Positions 30,474 to 41,558 of a stretch of 64,000 nt of DNA are shown one piece after another (positions within the stretch are counted from its first letter, which is position 1; each line of letters opens with the position of its first letter). Source of the DNA: a virus (Duplodnaviria; Heunggongvirae; Uroviricota; Caudoviricetes); the IMG/VR virus record IMGVR_UViG_3300037454_000603, positions 79,646 through 143,645 of that record; one strand, given 5' to 3'. The notes under the pieces are model-generated. The model ran no database searches, had not been told where the DNA came from, and worked only from the letters and a program-made list of their open reading frames with translations. The position numbers and the translations under genes are program-made.

Positions 30474-30860
30474 ATGACACTTCAAGAAAAACAATCTTTA
30501 ATAAAAGAAAGCAAAGAGGCGGCTATTGCCGCTCTCAATGCTTATTTAGATGCAGTTTATAATTTAACTGATGATTATTTTGACGAAGAAGGAAATCTTT
30601 TGGATTATCTTTCAGAAGACGAAAAGCTTGAAAATTTTGTTAAGAGTTTAAGAAGTAATACTAAAGATTACGAAAATGTTAGAGCAAAGCTTATCAATAA
30701 TGACTTTAATTTATCACTCTTTGAAATTAATATAGTGATGTTAAGTTTTTATTATATTGATAACAGATGGAAAAGTCAAATTGAGCAATTGAAAATAGCA
30801 AGAAATGAGGCTCAAAAACTTATTCATTTATTAATAGATAATGAAGAATTAAAAATTTGA
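30474..30860 (+). CDS. hypothetical protein
   Basis: 128 aa helical ORF. Confidence 0.65.
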   Translation: MTLQEKQSLIKESKEAAIAALNAYLDAVYNLTDDYFDEEGNLLDYLSEDEKLENFVKSLRSNTKDYENVRAKLINNDFNLSLFEINIVMLSFYYIDNRWKSQIEQLKIARNEAQKLIHLLIDNEELKI

Positions 30861-30885
30861 CTTTTACAACCGAATGTATTATAAT
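30857..30885 (+). promoter_or_regulatory. sigma70-type promoter
   Basis: TTGACT-N17-TATAAT. Confidence 0.7.
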
Positions 30886-31000
30886 TAATGTAGAAAATAA
30901 AACAGTAATCTACTTCTAAGGAAAATAAAGAAAAAGAAAAGATGATGTTTTATTTGTAATAAAAATTTTAAAATTAATTATTTAAAGGAGGGCTATTATT

Positions 31001-31282
31001 ATGGCTAAGACAAAGATGACAGAAGGAAGTAGAAAGGTATTTGAGTATCTCAAGGCTGCTGGTGCAGGTGTGAAGTTCACAACTAAGCAGGTATAGGAGG
31101 CTCTCGGTTTTGAGAAGGCTGGTTCTGTAACAGGTTCTGTAACAGGTCTCGTTAGAAAGGGCTTCGCTGAAAGATTTACTGAGTCTGTTACCGATGAAAG
31201 CGGCAAGACTACAGAGGTTAAGTATTTTGCTCTTACTGAGGCAGGCGCTAACTTCGATCCAGATGCTGACGTTGAGGACTAA
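31001..31282 (+). CDS. small winged-helix-like DNA-binding protein (93 aa; 1 TAG)
   Basis: AAGGAGG RBS; RKVFEYLK...FTTKQV(TAG)EALG...VTGSVTGLVRKG...YFALTEAG. Confidence 0.6.
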
Positions 31283-31396
31283 TTTTTAACGAGGGCGAAC
31301 CAAAGTATTAATAAGCGGAGTTTAATCTCCGCTTAACTTTTATTTTAATTATTTAAAAAAATTAATTTTTTAATTTATATGTGGAGGAATTTTTAA

Positions 31397-32296
31397 ATGT
31401 TGAATATTAAGCAGGTAGAAAGTAAGAATGAATGTTATATAAGCGGAGTATTGAATGAACTTGAAATTATTGAAGGCACCACTTCTGATGGTAGAGGTTA
31501 TGTACGTGGAACAGCTAAGGTAAGAGTAGATTAGGAGCTTGGCGGCAAGGTATATGAAAACATAATCCCCGTAACAATGTTTTCTATGAAGCTTAAGAAA
31601 GATGGTAATCCTAATTAGGTTGCTGCAAGAATTCTTAGTTATAAGGATTCTCTTGTATCTCTCGCTGCTGCAGAAAATCCTTCTCAGGCTTCTAGAGTAA
31701 CATTGAGTGGTAAGTCTTGTAATATAGTAGAAAATATGTGGTATGACCAGAAGACTGGTCAGGTTAGATCTGGATTCCAGATTGCTTGCAACTTCCTTAA
31801 CCAGAAGAGAGATTCAGACAAGGAAAAGGCTTCTTTTGAACTTTCAGGTATAATTCTTGGAACTAAGCCTGAACTCGATAAGAACGAAGAAGAAACAGGT
31901 AGACTTATTATTAATTTTGGCTTGGTTGGTTACGACGGTAGGATTGATGTTATTGATCTAATTGCCAACGATACTGCAAGAGCTCACATAGAATCTAACT
32001 GGGAAAAGGGAGACACTGTTAATGTTGTGGGCGTTATTAATGTAACTCAGAAGACTGTAACATGGACAGAGGAACAGGGCTTCGGAGAGCCAATAGAAAG
32101 AACAAGAACCGAATCTAGGAGAGAACTTATTATAACAGGTGGTTCAGCGGGCGGATTGGAAGAGTCTTTGTCTTATGACGCTGATGATGTTAAGGCTTCT
32201 CTTGCAGAAAGAAAGAATAGAATGGAAAAGACAAAGGAAAAGGCGGTTGCAACTAAATCAAGTGCCGCTCCTAAAGCTGATAACTTTGGATTTTAA
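31397..32296 (+). CDS. ssb: single-stranded DNA-binding protein, probably double OB fold (299 aa; 2 TAG)
   Basis: GGAGG RBS; extends track ORF 31703 upstream through TAGs; C-terminal tail DNFGF; adjacent to the AAA ATPase. Confidence 0.6.
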
Positions 32297-32329
32297 TTAA
32301 ATCCAAAGTTAGATTAAGGAGGGATTAAA

Positions 32330-33304
32330 ATGGCTATTGATTTAATGGCACTAGAACCTCAGCATATTAGTAAGAACCTTAAAGGTAAATTTTTAATGGT
32401 TTATTCACAACCTGGGGCAGGAAAGACTTCTCTTGCGGCACAATTTGATAATGTATTGATTGCTGCTTTTGAAATTGGTACTAACGCTCTTAATAATGTT
32501 TATGTTCAGCCTGTTAAAACTTGGCAGGACTGGAAGTCTATGGTCGGACAGCTTTGCCGCAAGCAAGAACTCCAAGCTAGGTTCGAGACGATCGCTATTG
32601 ACACTGCGGATGAAGCTTGGGAACTTTGTACAAAGTGGGTTTGTAATCAAAATGGCGTTGAACGTCTTGGCGATCTCCCATGGGGATCAGGATATGACAT
32701 CGCCAAAAAAGAGTTCGCTCAGACCTTTAGAGATTTAGCTTATAGCGGCTATGGTTTAATTTTTATTTCTCATTCTACAGAGAAAACTTTTAAAAATGAT
32801 AAGGGCGAAGAATATACTCAAATTGTTCCTGCTCTTCCTAATCGTCCATTCGAAATCATTAATAAAATGGTTGATATTATCGCTTATATTCGAGAGATAA
32901 CAGTAGGAGAAGGAGAACAGTCTCAGAGAAAACGTTATATGTTCTTGCGAGATACCATTGGAGATAGATTTCTTGCTAAATCTCGTTATAAGTATATTGT
33001 TCCAAAAATAGAACTTACCTACAAAGGACTTGTAGATGCGATTTATGATGCGATAGACAAAGAAGTAAGTCATTCGGGTGGAGAAGCCACGGAAGCAGAA
33101 AATGACTACTATCATAAAAATTTTGACGAATTAATGGAGGAGGCAAGAGAATTATGGACTAAAGTTGTTAATGCCGATAAGGTAGAAACAGCTACTAAAA
33201 TTCTCGCAGAAGAATTTGGAAAACCCACAAAGTTTTCTGAAATTATACCTTCTTAGGTAGACCAATTAAGTAAAGTCCTCTTCGATATTCGTGCAATACT
33301 TTAA
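32330..33304 (+). CDS. AAA_24/Sak4-like ATPase (ssDNA annealing/recombination)
   Basis: YSQPGAGKTS Walker A, IAIDTAD, FISHS, AKSR; read through TAG 33254 to TAA 33302. Confidence 0.75.
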
Positions 33305-33360
33305 CTATTAAAGAGAGGATTTTATCCTCTCTTTTTTAATTAGGAGTTGAATTTATAATA

Positions 33361-34572
33361 ATGAAAATACTTGATACAAATATATTGATGTCTTATCCAA
33401 ATATTATAACAAAAGAAAAAGATATAATCATTCCAACAGATGTTTTAAAAGAACTTGATGGTCTTAAATCAAATGTAAATTCTGAAGTGGCTTTTCAAGC
33501 TCGCCGCGCCGCCATAGTAATATCAAAGCATTTTAAGACCTTGAAATTTAATGATGATTTAGAAGAAACAAATCTTAAAGTTGATGATAAATTAATTGAG
33601 TTAACAAGAAAACTTGGCGGCACATTAGTAACTAATGATGTTTATCTAAAGATTAAAGCTAAAATTAAAGGTGTCGATACAATAGGGTACGGTGGCACAG
33701 AAGATTATAGTGGTGTTTACTATTGGACAATAAATCTTGATGATAAAGGTTATAATAGAGATTTGGATATAATGCTTTCAACTGGAAAGCCTATCATGGA
33801 TTTAAGACAAAATCAATATTTAGTAGTTAATAATTCAAATGGTGAAAATATTGCCATTTATAGATATACAGGAAATGAATTTCTTCAGGTTACAAAACGC
33901 AATGTTATTAACAATAAATGGTATGGAAAGATTGTCGCAAGAAATATTGAGCAAATGTGCTTAATGGATGCTTTAGCAAATAAAGATTTTACTGTTGTTT
34001 ATGCGGGCGGCGCATATGGTACTGGAAAATCACTTCTTACTAACAATTTTGCTTTACAAGAACTTGAAAGAAATAATATAAGAAAAATTATTTTTATTCC
34101 AAATAATGCTTATGTTGCTAATTCTATGGAGATAGGAATGTTACCAGGAGATAGTCTTGATAAAACTTTGCCTCTGGTTGGCCCTCTTCTTGATTTTTTG
34201 GGTATTGATGAAATCAATAGAATGATTTCTAGTGAGCAATTAGAGATTATTCCTATGGCTTACCTTAGAGGTCGTAATTTTGAAGATTCAATTGTTATAG
34301 TAAACGAAGCTCAAAACTTAGATAGTGACCATGTTAAACTTCTTTTAGGCAGAATAGGCAACAACTCTAGAATATTCTTTGATGGTTCTACACATCAAAT
34401 CGATTCTGATATTTTTAAAAATAAGAATGGATTAAAAACATTGTTAAATGTTTCTGAATCTCCTTATAGAGATTTGTTTGCAACTGTTGAATTAAAAGAA
34501 ATTGAACGTTCTAGAACAGCAAGAATTGCAGACTATCTTGATTCTATAGATGGAACGTCTATAAATAGTTGA
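33361..34572 (+). CDS. phoH: PIN-domain/PhoH-family ATPase
   Basis: ILDTNIL and LVTND (PIN); GGAYGTGKS, YLRGRNF, NEAQN, DGSTHQID, RSRTA (PhoH). Confidence 0.85.
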   Translation: MKILDTNILMSYPNIITKEKDIIIPTDVLKELDGLKSNVNSEVAFQARRAAIVISKHFKTLKFNDDLEETNLKVDDKLIELTRKLGGTLVTNDVYLKIKAKIKGVDTIGYGGTEDYSGVYYWTINLDDKGYNRDLDIMLSTGKPIMDLRQNQYLVVNNSNGENIAIYRYTGNEFLQVTKRNVINNKWYGKIVARNIEQMCLMDALANKDFTVVYAGGAYGTGKSLLTNNFALQELERNNIRKIIFIPNNAYVANSMEIGMLPGDSLDKTLPLVGPLLDFLGIDEINRMISSEQLEIIPMAYLRGRNFEDSIVIVNEAQNLDSDHVKLLLGRIGNNSRIFFDGSTHQIDSDIFKNKNGLKTLLNVSESPYRDLFATVELKEIERSRTARIADYLDSIDGTSINS

Positions 34573-34625
34573 TTTTATATGAAAAATATGATATAATTTA
34601 TATATAATAAGAAAGGTGGGAGATA

Positions 34626-35336
34626 ATGGCAAGAAAGATTGATGATGAAATTATTAATCAAATCCCAATTCTTTTTGCGCAATATTAGAATAAATCGTAG
34701 GTAGCTAGAGAATTGGGAATTACTCCCTCTACGGTTAGCAAATATTTAATGCTTTACGAAGCTGCCGCACCGCAAGAGAGAAAACAAAGAGTTAAAATTA
34801 CAGAAGAACTTATTGAACAAATTAACATAAAATATTGTGAATGTAGAAATATGAGCCAAGTAGCAAGAGAACTTGGAATTTCACCATCTACAGTTAAAAA
34901 TCATTTAACAGAAGCAAGTTTAAAATTAAAAGACCAAGAAGTTGAAGACAGAGATGCTTTATTCTTTTATATTATAAGACTTTTTGGAATTTAGAGTGAA
35001 GAATAGCCTGTAAGTAAGTGGAATATAACTCAAATGCAAAAATTTAAAGCAAATGGTATGCCTTATAGAGGACAACTCTTGGCTTTAAAGTATTTTTATG
35101 AGGTTGAAAAAAATACAATTGAAAAATCTAACGGGAGTATCGGTATTATTCCTTTTATATGGCAAAGAAGTAAAGACTACTATGAAAAGCAGGCTAAAAA
35201 AGCTGACGATATAACGGCATCAATTCAAAAACAACTTGAAAAAGATAGGGCTGAAATTAAAATAACTCCAGGTGAGTATTTTAAAACCAAAAAGAAGAAA
35301 AAAACTATTGATTTAAATTCCATAGAGGAGGGATAA
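34626..35336 (+). CDS. two-HTH protein upstream of the helicase, possible loader/initiator (236 aa; 4 TAG)
   Basis: KS(TAG)VARELGITPSTV and MSQVARELGISPSTV repeats; joins two track ORFs. Confidence 0.6.
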
Positions 35337-35339
35337 TAT

Positions 35340-37040
35340 TTGATTAGTGTTGACCGCCGCACAGTAATTCAAATTTTAGGCACTTTAATGTGTAAACCAC
35401 AATTATTAAATGACATTGATAAATATCAAATAGACCCTAATGAATTTCCTTTACCTATGGATAAATATATATATTCAAGTATATATAATCTTTATGCTGG
35501 CGGCGCAGAAGTGATTCATGCAGTAGATATAGATACATATTTACAAACAAATGAACTTGCAAAAAAAATATTGGAAGACAACAATGGGTTGGCTTTTATT
35601 CAAGACTGTGAGACATATGCAGAGCCAGAGAATTTTGCTTATTATTATAACAGATTTAAAAAGTTTAGCTTATTAAGAGACCTTCAAAAATCTGGCAAAG
35701 ATATTAGTAATTTTTATTGTGATGACCCACTAAATTTAGATGCAGATAAAATTAATTCTAAATTTGAACAACTCAAACCAAATGACATAATTAATTCTTT
35801 AAAGGGTGAAATTGCCACATTAGAAAATAAATATTCAACAAATAGTATTGTTGAAGAAATGAAAGCTAGTGATGGCATTCGGGATTTAATTAAAGAACTA
35901 AAAATTAAACCTGAAGTTGGAGTTCCATTGCAAGGAGATATTTTTAACACAATTTCTCGCGGAGGTCGGCGTGGAAAACTATATTTACGTTCCGCCGCGA
36001 GTGGTGTGGGTAAGTCAAGAACAATGGTTGGCGATGCTTGTAGCATTGCTTATCCAATTCGTTACGAGCCAAAATATGGTAAATGGATAGCTACGGGAAC
36101 TCCAGAAAAAGTTTTATATATAATGACAGAGCAAGAGATGACTGAAATTCAGACAATGATTTTGGCATATTTAACAGGTATTAATGAAGAAGCTTTTCTT
36201 TATGGAACTTTCTCAGAAGAACATTTAGATAGAATTGAGAAAGCTATCAAAATAATGGAAGATTATCAAGATTATATGTTATGTGCACAAGTTCCCGACC
36301 CTTGTTCTTCTATTATTAAAAACTTATTTAGAAAATATAATTTTCAAAATAATGTTGAGTATTTCTTCTATGATTATATATTTTCAAGTCCTGCTATGCT
36401 AAATGAATATAGAGATTTAGCCATTAGAGAAGATGTATGTCTTAGAATGTTTACAACAACTCTAAAAAATTTAGCAGTTGAATTAAATGCTTTCATCTTA
36501 ACTTCAACTCAGCTTAGTAATATGGATGACGATCACGGTGGTTTTAAGGATCAACGCCATATACAAGGCTCACGTGCCATCTATAACTTAGTGGATTTAG
36601 CTTGTATTATGTCACGACCAGCTCCAGAAGAACTTAAATTGGTTGAAGGAGTTCAGAGTCGATTTAATTTTACTCCCAATTTAATTATTGATATATTTAA
36701 AAATCGTCGTGGGCGTTGGACTAATTTAAGAGTTTGGTCATCTAATGATTTGGGAACACTAAGGCGACAAGATTTATTTGTAACAACCCCAGATAATAAA
36801 CCCATTGATGATTTTCAAATTATAGATTTTACTTTTGATAAAACTCAAGAAATGAAAGAATTGGAAGAACTTTATAACGATGGAGTTATTCCAGATGAAA
36901 TGGTTGAGCAGATTCTCTTAAACTTCGAAGAAGAAACTCAAAATACCAAACTTATAGATGCTGTTCAAGTTGCTTTTGGCAATGAACAAGAAAGGAGAAA
37001 GCAAGTCCATGATGCAGACTTTGCTGATTTCTTAATATGA
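35340..37040 (+). CDS. dnaB: DnaB-like replicative helicase
   Basis: AASGVGKS Walker A, MTEQE, FYDYI, TSTQL, IQGSRAI, KNRRG. Confidence 0.8.
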   Translation: MISVDRRTVIQILGTLMCKPQLLNDIDKYQIDPNEFPLPMDKYIYSSIYNLYAGGAEVIHAVDIDTYLQTNELAKKILEDNNGLAFIQDCETYAEPENFAYYYNRFKKFSLLRDLQKSGKDISNFYCDDPLNLDADKINSKFEQLKPNDIINSLKGEIATLENKYSTNSIVEEMKASDGIRDLIKELKIKPEVGVPLQGDIFNTISRGGRRGKLYLRSAASGVGKSRTMVGDACSIAYPIRYEPKYGKWIATGTPEKVLYIMTEQEMTEIQTMILAYLTGINEEAFLYGTFSEEHLDRIEKAIKIMEDYQDYMLCAQVPDPCSSIIKNLFRKYNFQNNVEYFFYDYIFSSPAMLNEYRDLAIREDVCLRMFTTTLKNLAVELNAFILTSTQLSNMDDDHGGFKDQRHIQGSRAIYNLVDLACIMSRPAPEELKLVEGVQSRFNFTPNLIIDIFKNRRGRWTNLRVWSSNDLGTLRRQDLFVTTPDNKPIDDFQIIDFTFDKTQEMKELEELYNDGVIPDEMVEQILLNFEEETQNTKLIDAVQVAFGNEQERRKQVHDADFADFLI

Positions 37041-38098
37041 TTGATTTAAAAGACCTAGCTAATAAATTGACAGATGAAAGAATTATAGAACTTGTAACAC
37101 AACTAGGTTCTGATGAATATTAGGATACTGAAAAAGCAATTATCTTTAAAACTATTTGCCACAACATAGACGCGTCAGAAGCTTCAATGAAGCTTTATTA
37201 TTATAAAGATAATAAGAAGTTTCATTGCTATACTGATTGCGGAGACACTTTTAACATATATACATTATTTGAACGAAGATATCAGCTTCTTGGTAAGCAA
37301 TATAATTTTTATAGAGATATTGTTCAAGTAATTGCTGAAGGAACGGAAGTTGAAGATTTTTCAAAATCTTTCTTTTATAAATATAACTCTGATTTTGATA
37401 AATTTGAAAAACAATAGGTTGAAATTGATTTAAATTATATCAATCCTTCTATTTTAAATATATATTCTTTTTACCCAACAGCAGAATGGCTTAAAGATGG
37501 AATTAGTGAGCAATCAATGAAAGACTTTAATATAAGATATTCAATTGATGAGAATAAGATTATAATTCCTCATTATGATATTAATAACAATTTAATCGGA
37601 ATTCGTTGCCGCCCGCTCAATGAAAAAGATTTGATAATTGGTAAATACATGCCTGTTCAAATTGAGGGAAAAATTTATTCACACCCTTTAGGTTATAATC
37701 TTTATGGGCTTAATATAGTTAAAGATAATATTAAACGTGTCAAAATGGCAATAATAGGAGAAGGTGAAAAAGCTGTTTTGCAGTATAATACAATGTTTGG
37801 TTTGAATAATAATATATGCGTAGCAGCTTGCGGCAGTTCAATAAGTAATTATCAAATAGAATTATTAATTAAAACAGGCGCAGAAAAAATTCTAATTGCT
37901 TTTGATAAAGAAGGAGAAAATTGGCAAGAAAGACAAAGCCATTACAATAAATTATTAAATTATTGCAAAAGATTTCAAAATAAAGTTCAAATGGGTTTTA
38001 TTTGGGATACAAAAGAACTATTAAAATTAAAAGAGAGCCCCTTTGATAGGGGAAAAGAAATATTTTTAACATTATATAAAGGGGCGAAATGGATATGA
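37037..38098 (+). CDS. dnaG: DNA primase (353 aa; 2 TAG)
   Basis: Zn domain TICHN...FHCYTDCG; IIIPHYD, GIRCR, LYGLN, GEGEKAV and AFDKE TOPRIM; ATGA overlap with helicase. Confidence 0.8.
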
Positions 38099-39879
38099 AG
38101 TATGTAAGACGAACAAATAAAGATATTTAGGAAAATTTTTTAGAAGAGCTTCTTAGAGATAGAAAAATAATTAATGATGAAAATAAAACAGAATTTTTCT
38201 ATCCTACAATTGCAAACGAAGAGGATCCTCTTCTGTTGGATAATATTAAAGAAGGATGTAAGTTACTAAAGGAACATTTAGACAATTTTAATGAAATTTA
38301 TCTTCCTGTCGATCCTGACTGCGACGGATATACATCAGCAGCATTGTTTTATAATTATTTAGTTGATGTTCTTCATTATCCTATTGAAAAAATTATTTAT
38401 CATATACCAGAAGGAAAAGAACATGGATTATCAACTATAATGAATTGGTTTCCAGAGGACGGAACAAATAGACTAATTGTAGCAATAGATTCCTCAAGTA
38501 ACGACTATGAAGAGCATAGAAGTCTTTCTAATCGAGGCTATGATATATTAGTAGTAGATCACCATGAAGCTAGTAAATATAGTGAAAATGCAACAGTAAT
38601 TAATAATCAATTATCCGAAAAATACATGAATAAAATGGCTAGCGGCGTAGGTGTTATTTATAAATTTTTTGAATGTTGGGAATCAATGTACAACGGCCAG
38701 TCTGCACAAAACTACTTAGACTTAGTTGCTTTAGGAGAAATTTCAGATGTAATGCAAATGACTACTTCTGAAAATCGCTATATATGTGATTATGGTCTTA
38801 ATCATATTAACAATAAATTTCTTAGAAACTTGATTAAAAAACAATGTTATTCCTTGTTTGGAATTACAGAGGATAAGTTTAATAATAACTATTATACTAA
38901 TGGTTCTATAACTCAAATTGGAATAGCTTTTTATATAACTCCTCTTATTAACGCTTTAATAAGAGTTGGTAATCCATTAGAAAAAGAACGTTTGTTCCAG
39001 GCATTTATAACACCCGATATCCTCGTTCCTTCGACCAAGCGCGGTGAAAAAGGAATGGAAGAAACTATTTGCACTTAGACAATTAGAAACTGTGTTAATG
39101 CTAAAGCAAGACAAACTAGAGAAAGAGATAGGGCGGCAGAGCTTCTTGATATTCAAATTCTTGAAAACAACTTGGATGAAAACAAGATTCTAATTCTTAA
39201 TGCTGATGAATTAGACACTCCAAATACTTTAACTGGACTCTGTGCTATGGAAGTTGCAGCAAAGTACAAAAAGCCTGTTCTATTAGGAAGAATAACTCCT
39301 GATGGAAAGGAAATGAAAGGTTCTATTCGTAATTTTGATGGATCCCCTCTTCTAGATTTAAAAGAGTTTTTAACACAATCTAGTCTTATGACATATGTTG
39401 AAGGTCATGCTAATGCTGCTGGTTGGGCTAGTCCATGTACAAATATCGATAAGTTAATTGAATATGCTAACCGAGAGCTTGCAGATATAAACTTTAATGA
39501 GGGCTATCATGAAGTTGATTTTATCACTAAAGCAAATTGTTCATATCTTTCAAATCTAATTTTTGATTTGGATAAGGGCGCTCCGTTTTGGGGACAAGGT
39601 TGCGCTGAAGCAAAAATTGCAATCGAAAATATCTGTATAGATACTATGTATATTTAGACAATAGGATAGAATAAAGATACCATTCGCTTTAGTTTTAATG
39701 GGGTTACTTATATTAAATTTAAAGCTAAAAAATTAATTGAAGAATTAGATAAATATAGAGGAAAAATTTCTTTAACAATTGTCGGTAAACCAGCAATCAA
39801 TAGATGGAATGGTATGGAAACTCCTCAAATTCAAATCGAGGAAATTGAAATAAAAGAAAATTCAGTTTATGATTTTTAA
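38095..39879 (+). CDS. recJ: RecJ-like DHH ssDNA exonuclease (594 aa; 4 TAG)
   Basis: DPDCDG, EHG, IDSSS, VDHH, SDVM, GSIR and GHANAAG motifs across three track ORFs joined by TAG. Confidence 0.85.
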
Positions 39880-39952
39880 AACAATGCGCCGCCAGACCGT
39901 TAAAGAGTGAACAGCACTCGTGGTCTCGCGGCACAGAGAGAAGGAGATACTC

Positions 39953-40117
39953 ATGAAAGAATATAAACTCGGTGATTTAATTCCTAATGATTGGGTAATT
40001 AAAAAAATAAAAAATCTAAGATTTTATGACAAAGAAGGACATTTACTCTTAGAACTTTGCGATGACGAAGAGGAAGGTGAAAATGGGGATAAAATTACTT
40101 GTAGCGGGAAGCCGTAA
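39953..40117 (+). CDS. hypothetical protein
   Basis: ATG after AAGGAG; 54 aa. Confidence 0.45.
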   Translation: MKEYKLGDLIPNDWVIKKIKNLRFYDKEGHLLLELCDDEEEGENGDKITCSGKP

Positions 40118-40478
40118 TTATTATGACTACAATGAATTTAAATCTGTTATGGATTATACAAATAATAAATATCATATAATAGAAATTGTAAGTGGTGGTG
40201 CTCGTGGCGCTGACTCACTCGCAGAAAGATATGCTAAAGAAAATAATATTCCTATTAAAGTTTTTAAAGCAGATTGGGATACTCATGGAAAAGCCGCAGG
40301 ATATATTCGTAATGCAGAAATGCATAATTATTTAAAAGATTTTGAAGATAGAATGTGTATCTGTTTTTGGGACGGACAGAGCCGCGGCACAGCACATAAT
40401 TTTAAATTAAGTAAAAATAATAATACTAAATTGGTTTGTTATAATTTTAAATTACATAAAGTAGTGGAGGTTTTATGA
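40083..40478 (+). CDS. SLOG/YspA-like (DUF2493-type) protein
   Basis: LLVAGSR, IVSGGARGADSLAERYA, KAAGYIRN, FWDGQSRGT. Confidence 0.75.
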   Translation: MGIKLLVAGSRNYYDYNEFKSVMDYTNNKYHIIEIVSGGARGADSLAERYAKENNIPIKVFKADWDTHGKAAGYIRNAEMHNYLKDFEDRMCICFWDGQSRGTAHNFKLSKNNNTKLVCYNFKLHKVVEVL

Positions 40479-40678
40479 TGGAAATAATGAAGCAGACAGA
40501 TGAAATCCGAGTAGATACCGAAGAAGAAGCTAAGGCTCTCATTGAAGATTTTAAAAACAAAGCTGTACAAGGTGGATATGAAATCGCAAGTTATTCTGCC
40601 ACAAAGAAAGAAAAGAAGTCTAAGGGCGAAGTAATAGATGAATTTTATATTTGTAAGATTGTCAAGAAATGGTCTTAA
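40475..40678 (+). CDS. hypothetical protein
   Basis: 67 aa; GGAGG RBS. Confidence 0.6.
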   Translation: MMEIMKQTDEIRVDTEEEAKALIEDFKNKAVQGGYEIASYSATKKEKKSKGEVIDEFYICKIVKKWS

Positions 40679-40695
40679 GAAAGGAAGGATTCCAT

Positions 40696-40920
40696 TTGAA
40701 TTATATAATCAGCAAAGAAATGGATGAAAGCTTTAATGCAATGGATAAAACCATAAGAGAAACAGATATAATGGACGCTTCATACTTTTGGAGAGTTACG
40801 GGTGCCTTTATTGGTGGAGATATTTCAATGAGCGAATGGAATAAAAAGCTTGAAGATAATATCTGTGAGCATTTAACCAAGCATATAATGGAAAAGCTAG
40901 AAAAAGAAGGAAAGATATAA
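40696..40920 (+). CDS. hypothetical protein
   Basis: TTG after AGGAAGG. Confidence 0.5.
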   Translation: MNYIISKEMDESFNAMDKTIRETDIMDASYFWRVTGAFIGGDISMSEWNKKLEDNICEHLTKHIMEKLEKEGKI

Positions 40921-40934
40921 GGTGGTGAATCAAA

Positions 40935-41237
40935 ATGGATTTTATAATTAAACCACGCGCTTTCGGAAAAACCTATGAGCTTATTCAAATAGCTAATTCT
41001 AGTTAGCGACCAATTTTAGTTGCAACCGAAGGAAATAAGCACTATATAAAGCAACTATGTCATAAGTACGGATATAATATATCTATTTACTCTGTAAAAG
41101 ATATAGAAGAAGGTAAAACTCGCAGCACAAAATATGAAGACTTTTTAGTTGATGAGGTTGATTAGGTTTTAGAAACTTTTATGAAAAAATATTATATAAT
41201 ACCTACTATAGGGACATTAACAATTGGAGGAAGATAA
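40935..41237 (+). CDS. minimal P-loop-like protein (100 aa; 2 TAG)
   Basis: PRAFGKT and FLVDEVD Walker A/B-like motifs. Confidence 0.5.
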
Positions 41238-41407
41238 TAGTGAAGTACCATATGGATGAAAAGGAAAACTTTAAGAAAAAAATTGACCGTTTTAAGGATG
41301 AGATTAATAGGCAAAACAAAGAAATTCAGAAGGAAAGAGAAAGAAAAAATAAAACAAATAAGAAGTAATCTTGCGCCGCGGCACCAACCGCGGCTTATTT
41401 GTTTAAT

Positions 41408-41436
41408 TTGACTTTTTTCATTTTTTATGATATAAT
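41408..41436 (+). promoter_or_regulatory. extended -10 sigma70-type promoter for HNH-dnaE
   Basis: TTGACT-N17-TATAAT with TGn. Confidence 0.75.
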
Positions 41437-41558
41437 TATTATAGAAAGAAATAAGGAAGAGTTCACAATTATAGTTCATAAAAAATCTGAAAATTGTTGA
41501 TGTGAACTGTTATTATGATACTTGTTGTTAGAAAAAAAATAAAATGGAGGTAATAATA

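Noticed and set aside
30982-31206. Minus-strand 74-aa ORF
   Set aside because: The plus-strand gene 31001-31282 has a strong RBS and upstream promoter and is open with TAG=Q; the minus ORF is its shadow
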